Source of the DNA: Deltaproteobacteria bacterium
GTDB lineage: Bacteria > Desulfobacterota > Dissulfuribacteria > Dissulfuribacterales > QOAL01
Direction: 5' to 3'
NCBI GenBank assembly: GCA_026986785.1
Contig: JALSNW010000025.1
Location: 27,014 to 91,013, forward strand
Length of the DNA: 64,000 bases
Under the pieces are notes generated by a model. That model was not told the origin of the DNA. It ran no database searches and saw nothing but the letters and a program-made list of their open reading frames with translations. Below, in pieces: positions 1 through 8,842 of the stretch. The translations under genes were made by a program, and so were the position numbers. Each line of letters begins with the position of its first letter. Position 1 is the first letter of the stretch.

Positions 1-39
1 GAACCCATCAGTTGGTGCCATCCCTTCTGGTTCCTGATC

Positions 40-411
40 ATGAGCCTCATCAGGACTCACACCTTTATAAAATATGCCCGTATAAACCTTCAGGACGCAG
101 AGATTGCCCTGGAGGAAGGCCAGCCAGAACGCTGTTTGGTCAAGATTTCCGATGTCTATACCGCGCTCATCAAGGCGGTTGCCGCTGCCTTACCCACTGT
201 CAACGCGGATTTTTTCAAGATGTCAGACAGGCAACTACTCGAGTACATCTCAGATCTATCAGACAAGGAGGAGACTGCCTCAGAGATAGTTTCGACCCTC
301 TCACAGCTAAGGGCCACGTCCCTGGCTGAACCCATCGACATCGATAGGGCCGGAGTGGCCTTGAGTGTTGCCGGTCAGGCCTTCAGTCTGGTACATGATC
401 TCTTTCTCTAA
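40..411 (+). CDS. hypothetical all-helical protein (weak HEPN-like flavour only)
   Basis: 123-aa track ORF with ATG start. No catalytic Rx4-6H motif seen. Function unknown. Confidence 0.4.
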   Translation: MSLIRTHTFIKYARINLQDAEIALEEGQPERCLVKISDVYTALIKAVAAALPTVNADFFKMSDRQLLEYISDLSDKEETASEIVSTLSQLRATSLAEPIDIDRAGVALSVAGQAFSLVHDLFL

Positions 412-598
412 TCTCTTCCCCAGCTACATGCCTTCCCTCCTGGCACAGTCTTTCTTTGGGCTGATTTTTGATCCACGGCTGACAGGTTCAGGGTTCTATT
501 CGCTGAGTTGCCCTCATCTGTCGTGGCGGATGGTGTTGCTGGCTGATCCGCTTTTCAGGCCGTCCTTGGCCCTTGAGAAAGAATAGGAGGGCAGATTG

Positions 599-612
599 TT
601 GATACGTATCAA
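599..612. promoter_or_regulatory. perfect 14-bp palindrome TTGATAC|GTATCAA, candidate operator upstream of the DsrE-like gene
   Basis: Read directly from the sequence. It ends 2 nt before the GAAGGAG Shine-Dalgarno (615-621) and 17 nt before ATG 630. Confidence 0.3.
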
Positions 613-629
613 TAGAAGGAGAAAATCTC

Positions 630-977
630 ATGAAAAAGTTAATGCTTGTTGCCTTTAATGGAGATCAGATGTGTTTTGTTCATGTCCTCTTGAATGCCTT
701 GGATATGGCGGAAAGATCTCATGAAGTAGGGGTAATCTTGGAGGGGGCGTCCACAGGACTCATCCCTGAACTCGAAAGGACTGGGCATTTCCTCCACGAT
801 TTTTGGCTAAATGCCAGGGACAAGGGTCTAATAGAGGGGGCTTGTAGGGCCTGTTCCAACAAGATGGGCACACTCAAGGCAGCCGAAGAGGCAGGTCTCG
901 CCCTCCTTGGTGACATGTCGGGGCATCCTTCCTTGGGGAATTACATCGAAAAGGGATTCCAGATCATAACCTTTTGA
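630..977 (+). CDS. DsrE/DsrF-like small protein with CxxC (GACRACS)
   Basis: 115-aa ORF with a good SD. The fold-family call comes from overall sequence pattern recalled from DsrE-like proteins and is not verified. Confidence 0.5.
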   Translation: MKKLMLVAFNGDQMCFVHVLLNALDMAERSHEVGVILEGASTGLIPELERTGHFLHDFWLNARDKGLIEGACRACSNKMGTLKAAEEAGLALLGDMSGHPSLGNYIEKGFQIITF

Positions 978-1020
978 ATATGAACAGGAGGCATTTTTCG
1001 AGGTCAGGTCTTCTATGTGA

Positions 1021-2577
1021 CTATTTGCTTGCCATGTATTCATGTAGGCGTGTGTTGTGGAGCCCATGTCCTTTTTGTATAGAGGCCTCATAGAGATACA
1101 TGTTTCCAAACTGACCAATGAGTGAGAAGTCAGGGACGATGCCAACGCTGGCCAAGGGGTATCGGCCAAGAATACGATCCTGGGAAGAGGTGTCTGAGAC
1201 AATGATATAACGGACAAAATGTTGGGGTGCTGCCAGGATCATCTCGAACTCGTATTCATAGGGCAGGATAAATTTTTTTGGCTCTTGAGTCATGAAGACC
1301 AGGGGGTAATTCGAGGTATCATCCATGAGGATGTGATCTTGGGATCGTATCCTGTCCAGTAGTCTCCTATATGGTGTGAGATTGCCATGTTTCCTCTCCC
1401 CTGTGAGAACCTGGCAGAAGAGCTGCTCTTCTGAGCCATTGTGGCTGCAAGGGAGCCAAAAGCTCATTACCAGGGAAATGGCCATTGTCAAGGTGAAGAT
1501 GCCCTTGAAAAGGGAATCCCCCATCTGTTCACGGCAATAGATGCGGATGGATACTGCTGTTGCCACAAAGAGGAGCAACAGGTCCTGGTTCATGGCAGTG
1601 GAAGTTGTCATGTAGTGGGCCAGGAGAAAGACCATGGGGGTCAGAAATACAGGTAGTGCCATGTCTTTTTTGGGTCTGTCCTGGGGTGCGAATATCCAGA
1701 TACCTGTCAGGACATAGGGCAGCAAGATGGGCATATTCTGTGTGAAAAAGTGTATTGTTGCCTTTATGCCTGCTTCAAGGTCTCGTGGCTGGAGGTCGAG
1801 GCTGGAGATCGAAGAGGTGGTATCCGTCAAGGCATTCCAGTGGGTGAGAAAGTAGAGCGGATCTCCGAGAAAGACCCAGTTTAGATAGCACCATGAAAGA
1901 GAGATGAAGATCACGGGAAACAGGCTGGTCAAGAGTACGGCAAGGCCTTTTAGGGGATGACGCCTTCCGTATTTTGCAGCAAGCACGATTCCAAACATGG
2001 GTACTACGGCAACTGCTTGGAATTTCGTCAGAAAAAGAAAGGCCGACAATAGGCCAAACAGAAAGAGATCGTAAGAGATCTCCTGCTCACTGTATTTGAA
2101 GAGGTGATAGTAGGACAAGAGCAAGAGTCCCATGAGGATGCCATCTGGGAGTTGCTGGGCAAAAAGAAATAGGGACAGCGGGGACAGAAGCAGGTAACAA
2201 AGGAGGACAGAGAAAAGGGGCATGGAGATATATCTCTTTGTCAGTCCTCTATATAGGCTGAGCATAGCAACTGTTATCATCATCCCGCCCACGAAGGCCG
2301 TGGCCACGAAGGGATTGTTGGCCAGCAGGACGAAGAAGTGGGGAAAAGGTGGTGAGCTAAACCCCATATTTTCAAGGCGGGGTGGTTTGCCATCATGCAC
2401 AAGGAGGGCCTTTTCGCCAAGATATAAAAGGCATCTCGAGGCAAAGTCGTGTTCATAGAGAAAGAGATTGAGCATAGTCAGCCCACAGCCCACGAGCAAC
2501 ACCATGAGGGAGAGCAGGGCATATCTTCTGAGTGCTTTGCTCGATATGGGGTTAGGTCTTGATCTTGCTGATCCCAT
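1021..2577 (-). CDS. polytopic membrane protein, GT-C/ArnT-PMT-like architecture with C-terminal soluble domain; last gene of the EPS operon
   Basis: 518 aa, with roughly a dozen hydrophobic segments followed by a ~140-aa non-hydrophobic tail. The start overlaps the synthase stop by 26 nt. Confidence 0.4.
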   Translation of the reverse strand: MGSARSRPNPISSKALRRYALLSLMVLLVGCGLTMLNLFLYEHDFASRCLLYLGEKALLVHDGKPPRLENMGFSSPPFPHFFVLLANNPFVATAFVGGMMITVAMLSLYRGLTKRYISMPLFSVLLCYLLLSPLSLFLFAQQLPDGILMGLLLLSYYHLFKYSEQEISYDLFLFGLLSAFLFLTKFQAVAVVPMFGIVLAAKYGRRHPLKGLAVLLTSLFPVIFISLSWCYLNWVFLGDPLYFLTHWNALTDTTSSISSLDLQPRDLEAGIKATIHFFTQNMPILLPYVLTGIWIFAPQDRPKKDMALPVFLTPMVFLLAHYMTTSTAMNQDLLLLFVATAVSIRIYCREQMGDSLFKGIFTLTMAISLVMSFWLPCSHNGSEEQLFCQVLTGERKHGNLTPYRRLLDRIRSQDHILMDDTSNYPLVFMTQEPKKFILPYEYEFEMILAAPQHFVRYIIVSDTSSQDRILGRYPLASVGIVPDFSLIGQFGNMYLYEASIQKGHGLHNTRLHEYMASK

Positions 2578-4441
2578 GTTCTGTCTTTTCCCAGTAGAAG
2601 GGCTTGCTGAATAGTTGCCAAAGTGCCTTGTAGGCAGATACCGAGTGCCCCAATAGCCAATAGAGTGGGTTTAGGAGTGCCGAAGGGAGTAATTGGAACA
2701 TGCCGCGGCGGTAAACAGCCAGCATGTTCAGATATATGCCCATAAAGTTGCCAATGAGGAGGTTGAACAGGCCTATGTAGAGCACGAGTGGGGGGAAAAA
2801 GGGGTCAAGGCTGGTTGAGTGTGTAAAGAGCCAGTAGATGAATATTGCCCATGCGATCGGGGTGACCAGGAAAAGAAGTGGTGCCCCCCCAATGAACAAT
2901 TGAAAGGACAGCCAGTTCACTATCCCTATGGTCCTTAGCATCTTTATGGGGTGGCGGTTATAGACCAAGAATGTCTGCATATAGCCTTTTATCCACCGAG
3001 AGCGCTGTCGTAGCCAATTGCCGTATCTGCTGTTGGCCTCCTCGAATGTGGTGGAATTTATGATGCCCACCTTGTAACCATTGGCACATGCCCTTATCCC
3101 CAGGTCCGCATCTTCTGTGACATTGTAAGGGTCCCAGGCCCCAAGATCCTTTAATATCTTTACGCGGAAGTGATTGCTGGTGCCCCCAAGGGGGATGGGG
3201 AGCTGAAAACGGTCGAGGCCAGGTAGTAGGTAATCGAACCAGTATGAATATTCGAGGGTGAATAGCTTTGTAATGATGTTTTCATTGGCATTGAAGTAGT
3301 TTAGTGCAGCCTGGAGACAAGCACAGGATTCGCCGTGCTTTTGAAAGCCCACAACTGCCTTTTTCAATTGATCTGTCTCTGGGATATCCTCGGCATCGTA
3401 GATTGTCAGTAGTTCCCCCCTGCTGAAGAAGACACCATAGTTGCATGCCTTTGGTTTTGTCTTTGGAAGGGCATCTGGTACGATGATGAATCTCCAGTTT
3501 CCTGGCGGTGATGCCTTCTTTGCAGCCTCGAGTGTCATGCGATCGTCTTCTTCGAGCAGCAGGATGATATCCAGTTTACCTTGCGGATAGTCCATTTTCT
3601 TGAGTGAATCCACCAGGACGTGGATAACCTCTGGCTCCTTGTATACAGGTACGAGAACCGTATAGACAGGGAGGGTCTTGTCATCCAGGGCCTCCACCTC
3701 GTCTTTGGTGACGATATGTCGTTGTTCATGTCTGGCCCCGGCAAGGCTCAGGACCAGCTTATAGGATACAGTGACAAAGAAGACCAACTGGCAAAAGGAG
3801 AAGACGGTTATGAGAAAGGATGTGGCATCATAGTAAAACCAGGCCAATGACAAATAGAAAAAGAAGGCCAAAAAGACCACTTGTCTCTTTGTGAATACGC
3901 TATATGCCGACTCCTGTGGATTACGATAAAAGAGACCGTTTATGGACTGGTCTATCAACTCCTGGCCATAGATCTTTTGGACCAGCTTCATGAGGTCGAG
4001 ATCTGTGACAAGGATGTATTCGATCTTCTTGGCGTGAAAACGCTGTCTGCAGAACTCGTCAGTGTCAGGGTGATTTGGATAATCGGTTGCAACCTTTAGT
4101 ACCCCATCTTTGAAAGAGATGGGAATGACATGATAAGTATTGATCTCCGAAATATTCAGCTTTGCCGTTAGCCTGGCATCTATCAAATTGACGAGTTCTG
4201 GAGAATAGAGGACGAAAGTCAGGGAAAAGTGCCTGGCCAAGGCGGCAAAGAGGTCCAGACGGGAGATATAGCCAAGGCTGAGTAGTAGCCAGCCAAGACG
4301 CCCCCCCTTCTCCTTCTGGATCTTCAAGGCATCTTCAAGCTGTTTCTTGGTTATCTTGCCCTGCTCCAGGAGGATGCTGCCGAGTTGCTGTCTGCCTTTT
4401 TGCTCAGAAGGAAAACCAGATACTGACATAGCCTCCTCCAC
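2552..4441 (-). CDS. processive family-2 glycosyltransferase (BcsA/PgaC/NfrB-like synthase) with N-terminal MshEN/T2SSE_N c-di-GMP-binding domain
   Basis: 629 aa. Residues 19-71 carry tandem MshEN motifs. GT2 motifs are present: VPVYKEP, IYDAEDIP, VTEDADLG and QRSRW (QxxRW). There are 2 TM helices before and about 4 after the GT domain. Confidence 0.85.
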   Translation of the reverse strand: MEEAMSVSGFPSEQKGRQQLGSILLEQGKITKKQLEDALKIQKEKGGRLGWLLLSLGYISRLDLFAALARHFSLTFVLYSPELVNLIDARLTAKLNISEINTYHVIPISFKDGVLKVATDYPNHPDTDEFCRQRFHAKKIEYILVTDLDLMKLVQKIYGQELIDQSINGLFYRNPQESAYSVFTKRQVVFLAFFFYLSLAWFYYDATSFLITVFSFCQLVFFVTVSYKLVLSLAGARHEQRHIVTKDEVEALDDKTLPVYTVLVPVYKEPEVIHVLVDSLKKMDYPQGKLDIILLLEEDDRMTLEAAKKASPPGNWRFIIVPDALPKTKPKACNYGVFFSRGELLTIYDAEDIPETDQLKKAVVGFQKHGESCACLQAALNYFNANENIITKLFTLEYSYWFDYLLPGLDRFQLPIPLGGTSNHFRVKILKDLGAWDPYNVTEDADLGIRACANGYKVGIINSTTFEEANSRYGNWLRQRSRWIKGYMQTFLVYNRHPIKMLRTIGIVNWLSFQLFIGGAPLLFLVTPIAWAIFIYWLFTHSTSLDPFFPPLVLYIGLFNLLIGNFMGIYLNMLAVYRRGMFQLLPSALLNPLYWLLGHSVSAYKALWQLFSKPFYWEKTEHGISKIKT

Positions 4442-5234
4442 CTCTGCCTGTATCTTCTCCCCAGGCGTGTGAATAGGCAGATGCCACGAGGGAATAGTGG
4501 CTACCCAGCCTATAGCGGGCAGACAGGGTAAGCTTTAAAAGCCGGTAATTGGGCTGTATGAGTACGTTTGGGCCAATCTTTTTTTCTGAGCCATTATCCA
4601 GTCCGTAGTGCATTTCCGCACTGGCCATCAACTGCCATCTTTGGGACAGGTCATAGCCAGCAGTGATCACAGGGTGGAGTTGGGTTGCAGGATAGCCAAA
4701 GTATTGACGCAATCCCATGCGAAGATCCATGAAACCATAGTGCTTGAATAGTTTGAACCAGCGGCCATAGAGGAAGGATGCCTCTGCGCCGAATCGTCCA
4801 TAACCCAGCCGGGGATCATCGTCTATGTCGTATCCGGTCGGTATTACCAACAGGCCTTGGATAGCAGCAACCCCCACATCGCCTTTGTAGAGCCTATGCT
4901 GTAGGCCGATTTCCATGTCTGCAAGCCCTACAGTGGTCTTTTGGGAACCAGAGGCATCATCGGTGAGGATATCGAAGAATATGTTGGCAATAAGGGTATC
5001 GCGGCTGGAAAGCCCATATTCCAGATATGGATTCAGTTCGTATTTGTTGAATCTTCCGCCTCTGTCATGGCTATTGCCGTGGCAATCGAAATATTGATCC
5101 GTTGTATAGAAGTAGGTCTGCATGGACAGGAAAAAGTGTCCTTTGTCCTGACCCCAGGCCCCGGCCTCGACTCTCCTGACACTGGCCAGGGCAATGGCAA
5201 TGGCTATGGCGAGTATGAGACTTGTACGGCGCAT
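4404..5234 (-). CDS. small outer-membrane beta-barrel protein (candidate EPS porin)
   Basis: 276 aa. Signal peptide ends ...ALASVRRVEA|GA. Amphipathic beta-strand pattern is visible. The C-terminus ends SIWFSF (aromatic terminal residue). Confidence 0.6.
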   Translation of the reverse strand: MRRTSLILAIAIAIALASVRRVEAGAWGQDKGHFFLSMQTYFYTTDQYFDCHGNSHDRGGRFNKYELNPYLEYGLSSRDTLIANIFFDILTDDASGSQKTTVGLADMEIGLQHRLYKGDVGVAAIQGLLVIPTGYDIDDDPRLGYGRFGAEASFLYGRWFKLFKHYGFMDLRMGLRQYFGYPATQLHPVITAGYDLSQRWQLMASAEMHYGLDNGSEKKIGPNVLIQPNYRLLKLTLSARYRLGSHYSLVASAYSHAWGEDTGRGGGGYVSIWFSF

Positions 5235-5240
5235 AATGGG

Positions 5241-7346
5241 TTACTTTTCCTTGGCGAGCCTGTGATACAGGTAAAAGAAGAAGACCATGGCTGCTGCCCC
5301 AAAGACTATAAAAAGAATGATCCTGTAACGGGTCCAGTAGTATTCCAGGCCCCTCTTGTCAGGATAGACCACACGAAATTTTTTCCCTACCTCGAGGGCG
5401 TACCACTGTTTTTGGTGGATGATGCCCACATTTGCTCTGGGATGGCCAGAGATCATCCTGGTCAGGGCCTCGGACGGGAATACACTGCTGTTTCGTCTTC
5501 CGTATAAAAATACGGGTAGATCATTTTTCTCAAGGTAAAAGGTCTCTACTATAGAGGCAGGGTCTGGGGTGTCGATCCTGATTATCTCCTCGCCTGTCAA
5601 GGGATTTTTGATGATGAATCGTGGGCCAATCTCCACTGGTGCAGATATGTGGGGCCAGGTTTTTTCATCCAGTACCAACAGGGCATACTTGAATGCATCG
5701 CTGTCCAGGTCGGAGATGTTTGTCAGGGTGACATCAGGCACCTGTTTCTGGAGATGCCCCAATAGCTCTACCAATCTGGACGCAGGCAGGAAAAACTGGG
5801 GTTCCATTCTGCCAATGACCAATGCCCCTCTCCCTTGGAAGATGCCAGGAAAGGTGTCGAGGTTAAGGGGGGGCCTGGTATTATAGGCAGCCACTGAGAG
5901 AAACGAGTCCTTGAACAGGCTTACCTCGAAGTCTGGATAACTGCCCAGACAGTTCCCCGTGTTCAGGTAATGGGAAAAGGCGATTTCAAGATAATTCCTC
6001 TCATGCAGGTACCTGGCTGGGATCTCGAAGACCAAAGAGTGTTGTCCACCTGCCCCGTGTAGTTCATGAGATTCCAGCAGGACACCATTCAGCCGTATTC
6101 TGAGAAAACAACGCTCATGTTCTCCAATAGGGCTGTGGCTGAAGAATAGGGTACAAAGGAGCCTTCTTGGCCAGCCTCCAAGCTGTAAGGGTGAAAAGTC
6201 CACAAAAAATGACAGGTCTGTGTCTCCTCTGGCTGTCCGGTGCCCATAACCGAGATCTGCAAAACTGATATCTATCGCCTTGTCCCCATGAGGCTTACCT
6301 ATTTCCCCTCCGTTTAGTGTTGGAAAGACGAATGCGGGAAGCCAGCGGCTTGCAACAAGTCTTGCGCCCTTGGGCGTGAGAAAGAGATTGCTCCCAACAA
6401 CCTCTGCCTCATTATTGAAGTTGCCGATGAATATGTTCCTGCCTTGCAGGGAAAAGTTGTCAAATTGCATACGGGAATCATTGGAAACAGAGGTGCTGCC
6501 TATAAGTCCAGCCACCTTTATCAGGGCCTCGACAAAGGATCGGTCCTTTCCCTCCAGGACTATATTGAAGATTGGTACTGGCTCTGAAAAAAATTGGCGG
6601 ATGGAGCGTGGTGGGCCTTTCCTGAAGGTATGAAGGCTGCTGGTAGTGGCGGTCATTATCCAGAGATTCTTGCTCATAATGTCGACACACCTGTTATCCG
6701 TTGCCGAAAGGGAACCACTCAGCTCAATATCCAGGCTATCTCCTATGTCTATTCCACTTAAGGCATCGAGGGGTATCTTTATCTGTGGTTTTGCTCGTAG
6801 ATCTCCTACCGACATCGACCATAAAGGGACCCCTTCTGCTTTGATGGTCACGGAGGAGGTGGGTTTGAGGAATCTGGATATGTTCATGTCTATCTGTAAG
6901 AATGAGCCTTTCAACTCCATATTGGTATCCCAGGGGAAGCTGAAGGCCTGATATGCGTCAACTCCTGCAAGGAGTAGTGGCCTGTCGTAACCTATATCTC
7001 TTAGACGAACTATATATTCTTGCCTGAGCCATTGGTTGGATCGGGGCATCTGTGTCTCAACGATTTCAGCCTGGACATCCAGGGCTTCGAGGTGGTCGAG
7101 GAGTAGTTTGGCATATCTTCGGGAGGGAAAGATGCCAGCCAAGAGGTGAATTTTTCCTTGGTTTTTCTCTATCCAGAGATCGTTCAACCCCTCTAAGTCA
7201 GAGGCTGCCTTTGCCATCTGGGCCCTGGAGTCAAAGCTGCCTATGTGTAGGCTATAGAGCTTTGCAGCCCATGCTGGCGAGCCAGCCAAAGATATCAATA
7301 AGATTGTAAAAACCAACAAGGTTCTTCCCATATCCATTAGCTCCAT
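5241..7346 (-). CDS. BcsB-like periplasmic synthase subunit with N-terminal SPOR-like domain and C-terminal TM anchor
   Basis: 701 aa. Signal peptide, then a SPOR-like segment at about aa 28-98. Two repeated beta-rich modules follow. A single C-terminal TM (IILFIVFGAAAMVFFFYLY) matches the BcsB arrangement. Confidence 0.5.
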   Translation of the reverse strand: MELMDMGRTLLVFTILLISLAGSPAWAAKLYSLHIGSFDSRAQMAKAASDLEGLNDLWIEKNQGKIHLLAGIFPSRRYAKLLLDHLEALDVQAEIVETQMPRSNQWLRQEYIVRLRDIGYDRPLLLAGVDAYQAFSFPWDTNMELKGSFLQIDMNISRFLKPTSSVTIKAEGVPLWSMSVGDLRAKPQIKIPLDALSGIDIGDSLDIELSGSLSATDNRCVDIMSKNLWIMTATTSSLHTFRKGPPRSIRQFFSEPVPIFNIVLEGKDRSFVEALIKVAGLIGSTSVSNDSRMQFDNFSLQGRNIFIGNFNNEAEVVGSNLFLTPKGARLVASRWLPAFVFPTLNGGEIGKPHGDKAIDISFADLGYGHRTARGDTDLSFFVDFSPLQLGGWPRRLLCTLFFSHSPIGEHERCFLRIRLNGVLLESHELHGAGGQHSLVFEIPARYLHERNYLEIAFSHYLNTGNCLGSYPDFEVSLFKDSFLSVAAYNTRPPLNLDTFPGIFQGRGALVIGRMEPQFFLPASRLVELLGHLQKQVPDVTLTNISDLDSDAFKYALLVLDEKTWPHISAPVEIGPRFIIKNPLTGEEIIRIDTPDPASIVETFYLEKNDLPVFLYGRRNSSVFPSEALTRMISGHPRANVGIIHQKQWYALEVGKKFRVVYPDKRGLEYYWTRYRIILFIVFGAAAMVFFFYLYHRLAKEK

Positions 7347-7386
7347 CTAATCAGTAGAATCAGGCCGAAATCCTGTGAAAAAGGTT

Positions 7387-8811
7387 TCAGGTTGTTCTTT
7401 GTGCCAGGACAATCTGAAGCTCTTTGGGCCCCATGCCATAGAAATGGTCCCTGTGCTCCAGACCGTTCAGCATCCAGACGAAGACCCCCTTGGCGTTGTT
7501 TTGTCTTGCAAGTTCAATCCAATGTCGATAAAGGCGGTGGCGCTGTCTCAATATGGCCTTGCGTCCCGGGCCATAGGCAATTTTTTCCTGTCCAGGCCAA
7601 CACCAGCCCATTTCACCTATATACCAGGGCCGGTCTTTGAGCCTCTTGGCCCGGCTCATGATCCATTCGTCTGTGAGCCTTTCAAAAAAGGGTTTATCAT
7701 GGGCCCTGCCGCCCCTGGCCAGATGGGGCCAACCCCTGCGATCTACAAACGGACTGCCGCATACGCTTTTCCGGGTGATGCTCACGGCTGGGTGCAGATA
7801 CACATGTATTGATGCAATTGTGATTCCATTAATTGGTGAGGAGATGTTTTTTATGAGGTCGATGCCCTCAAAATATTGGCCACTCGCATTCAGGGCCTGG
7901 AATATATCCCCTGTTACCGGTTTTTCGATCCAGCCCTCTTCTCCTGATGAGACACCTGGAGGGTCTTTTCGTTTTTTGAAAAGCTTTCTTATCCAGAGCC
8001 CTTGTTCGTTGAGCCAATCAGCCACTATGTCTGACGACATTTTATCGTCAATGGGCTTGTTTTGGAGGCTCAAGGGATTCTTGCCCCTTGGTTCGTTCAT
8101 GATCTCTACTATCTTTACCGAGTGTTTATCTATCAGCAGGGAGATGACATGGCGTACATGTTGCCTGAATATCTGCCTTACTCGTCTTGAGGTATAGAAG
8201 CTCATGGTGTTTTGCAGGTAGAGGCGCTCCTCTTCTTTCTGGTTACACAGGGCAGCCAGATATTCATTCTCATCAAGCTCACCTGCCCATACCAGGTATT
8301 GGAGGATTCCACCATAACTGGGCCAATAGTTTGCCAAGACAGGTACCTGCATGAAGTCGAGTTCATCCAGTACCTGGATTATCATGGCCAGGACCTCGAA
8401 TGCCTCTGGATCTATATGATCTTTGTCTTTCCAGAGTCTGGCGTCGTCCGTACCTGGGATAGCGAGCCCTTCAAGATTTGGATAATCATTGAATGCCCAA
8501 TACCTGATGCTATCTACACCGCATCTGTCCCTGAGGGCAGGTAGGCACAACTTGTCTACGAGATATTCATAGACCAATGCCCGCCTGTTTTTGCCCTTGT
8601 TCCTGTGCACATGACGATAGGCCTCTACAAGCAGGTAATAGGCATTGATTCCATACATGAACCTGGAAGCTGGAGTGGCGAATACCTGTGTGGCCATGGT
8701 GGCAAAGGGGGATAACAGAATGGACTGAATGCCAAGCTGTTTTATGAATCTTCTGCGGGTTAGGCACAATTTGCCTCGGCAGTTTGGGGTCTTGGAGATA
8801 CATTTAGTCAT
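7387..8811 (-). CDS. Tat-exported glycoside hydrolase, GH5-like
   Basis: 474 aa. Twin-arginine motif TRRRFIK lies at 8740-8760. The acid/base motif IMNEP and the nucleophile motif YIGEMGW are both present. Confidence 0.7.
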   Translation of the reverse strand: MTKCISKTPNCRGKLCLTRRRFIKQLGIQSILLSPFATMATQVFATPASRFMYGINAYYLLVEAYRHVHRNKGKNRRALVYEYLVDKLCLPALRDRCGVDSIRYWAFNDYPNLEGLAIPGTDDARLWKDKDHIDPEAFEVLAMIIQVLDELDFMQVPVLANYWPSYGGILQYLVWAGELDENEYLAALCNQKEEERLYLQNTMSFYTSRRVRQIFRQHVRHVISLLIDKHSVKIVEIMNEPRGKNPLSLQNKPIDDKMSSDIVADWLNEQGLWIRKLFKKRKDPPGVSSGEEGWIEKPVTGDIFQALNASGQYFEGIDLIKNISSPINGITIASIHVYLHPAVSITRKSVCGSPFVDRRGWPHLARGGRAHDKPFFERLTDEWIMSRAKRLKDRPWYIGEMGWCWPGQEKIAYGPGRKAILRQRHRLYRHWIELARQNNAKGVFVWMLNGLEHRDHFYGMGPKELQIVLAQRTT

Positions 8812-8842
8812 AATTTTGACAAGTCATAACCCTTATCGAGGA

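Noticed and set aside
441-456. TGGCAC-N5-TTCT resembling a sigma-54 promoter
   Set aside because: The invariant GC of the -12 element is missing.
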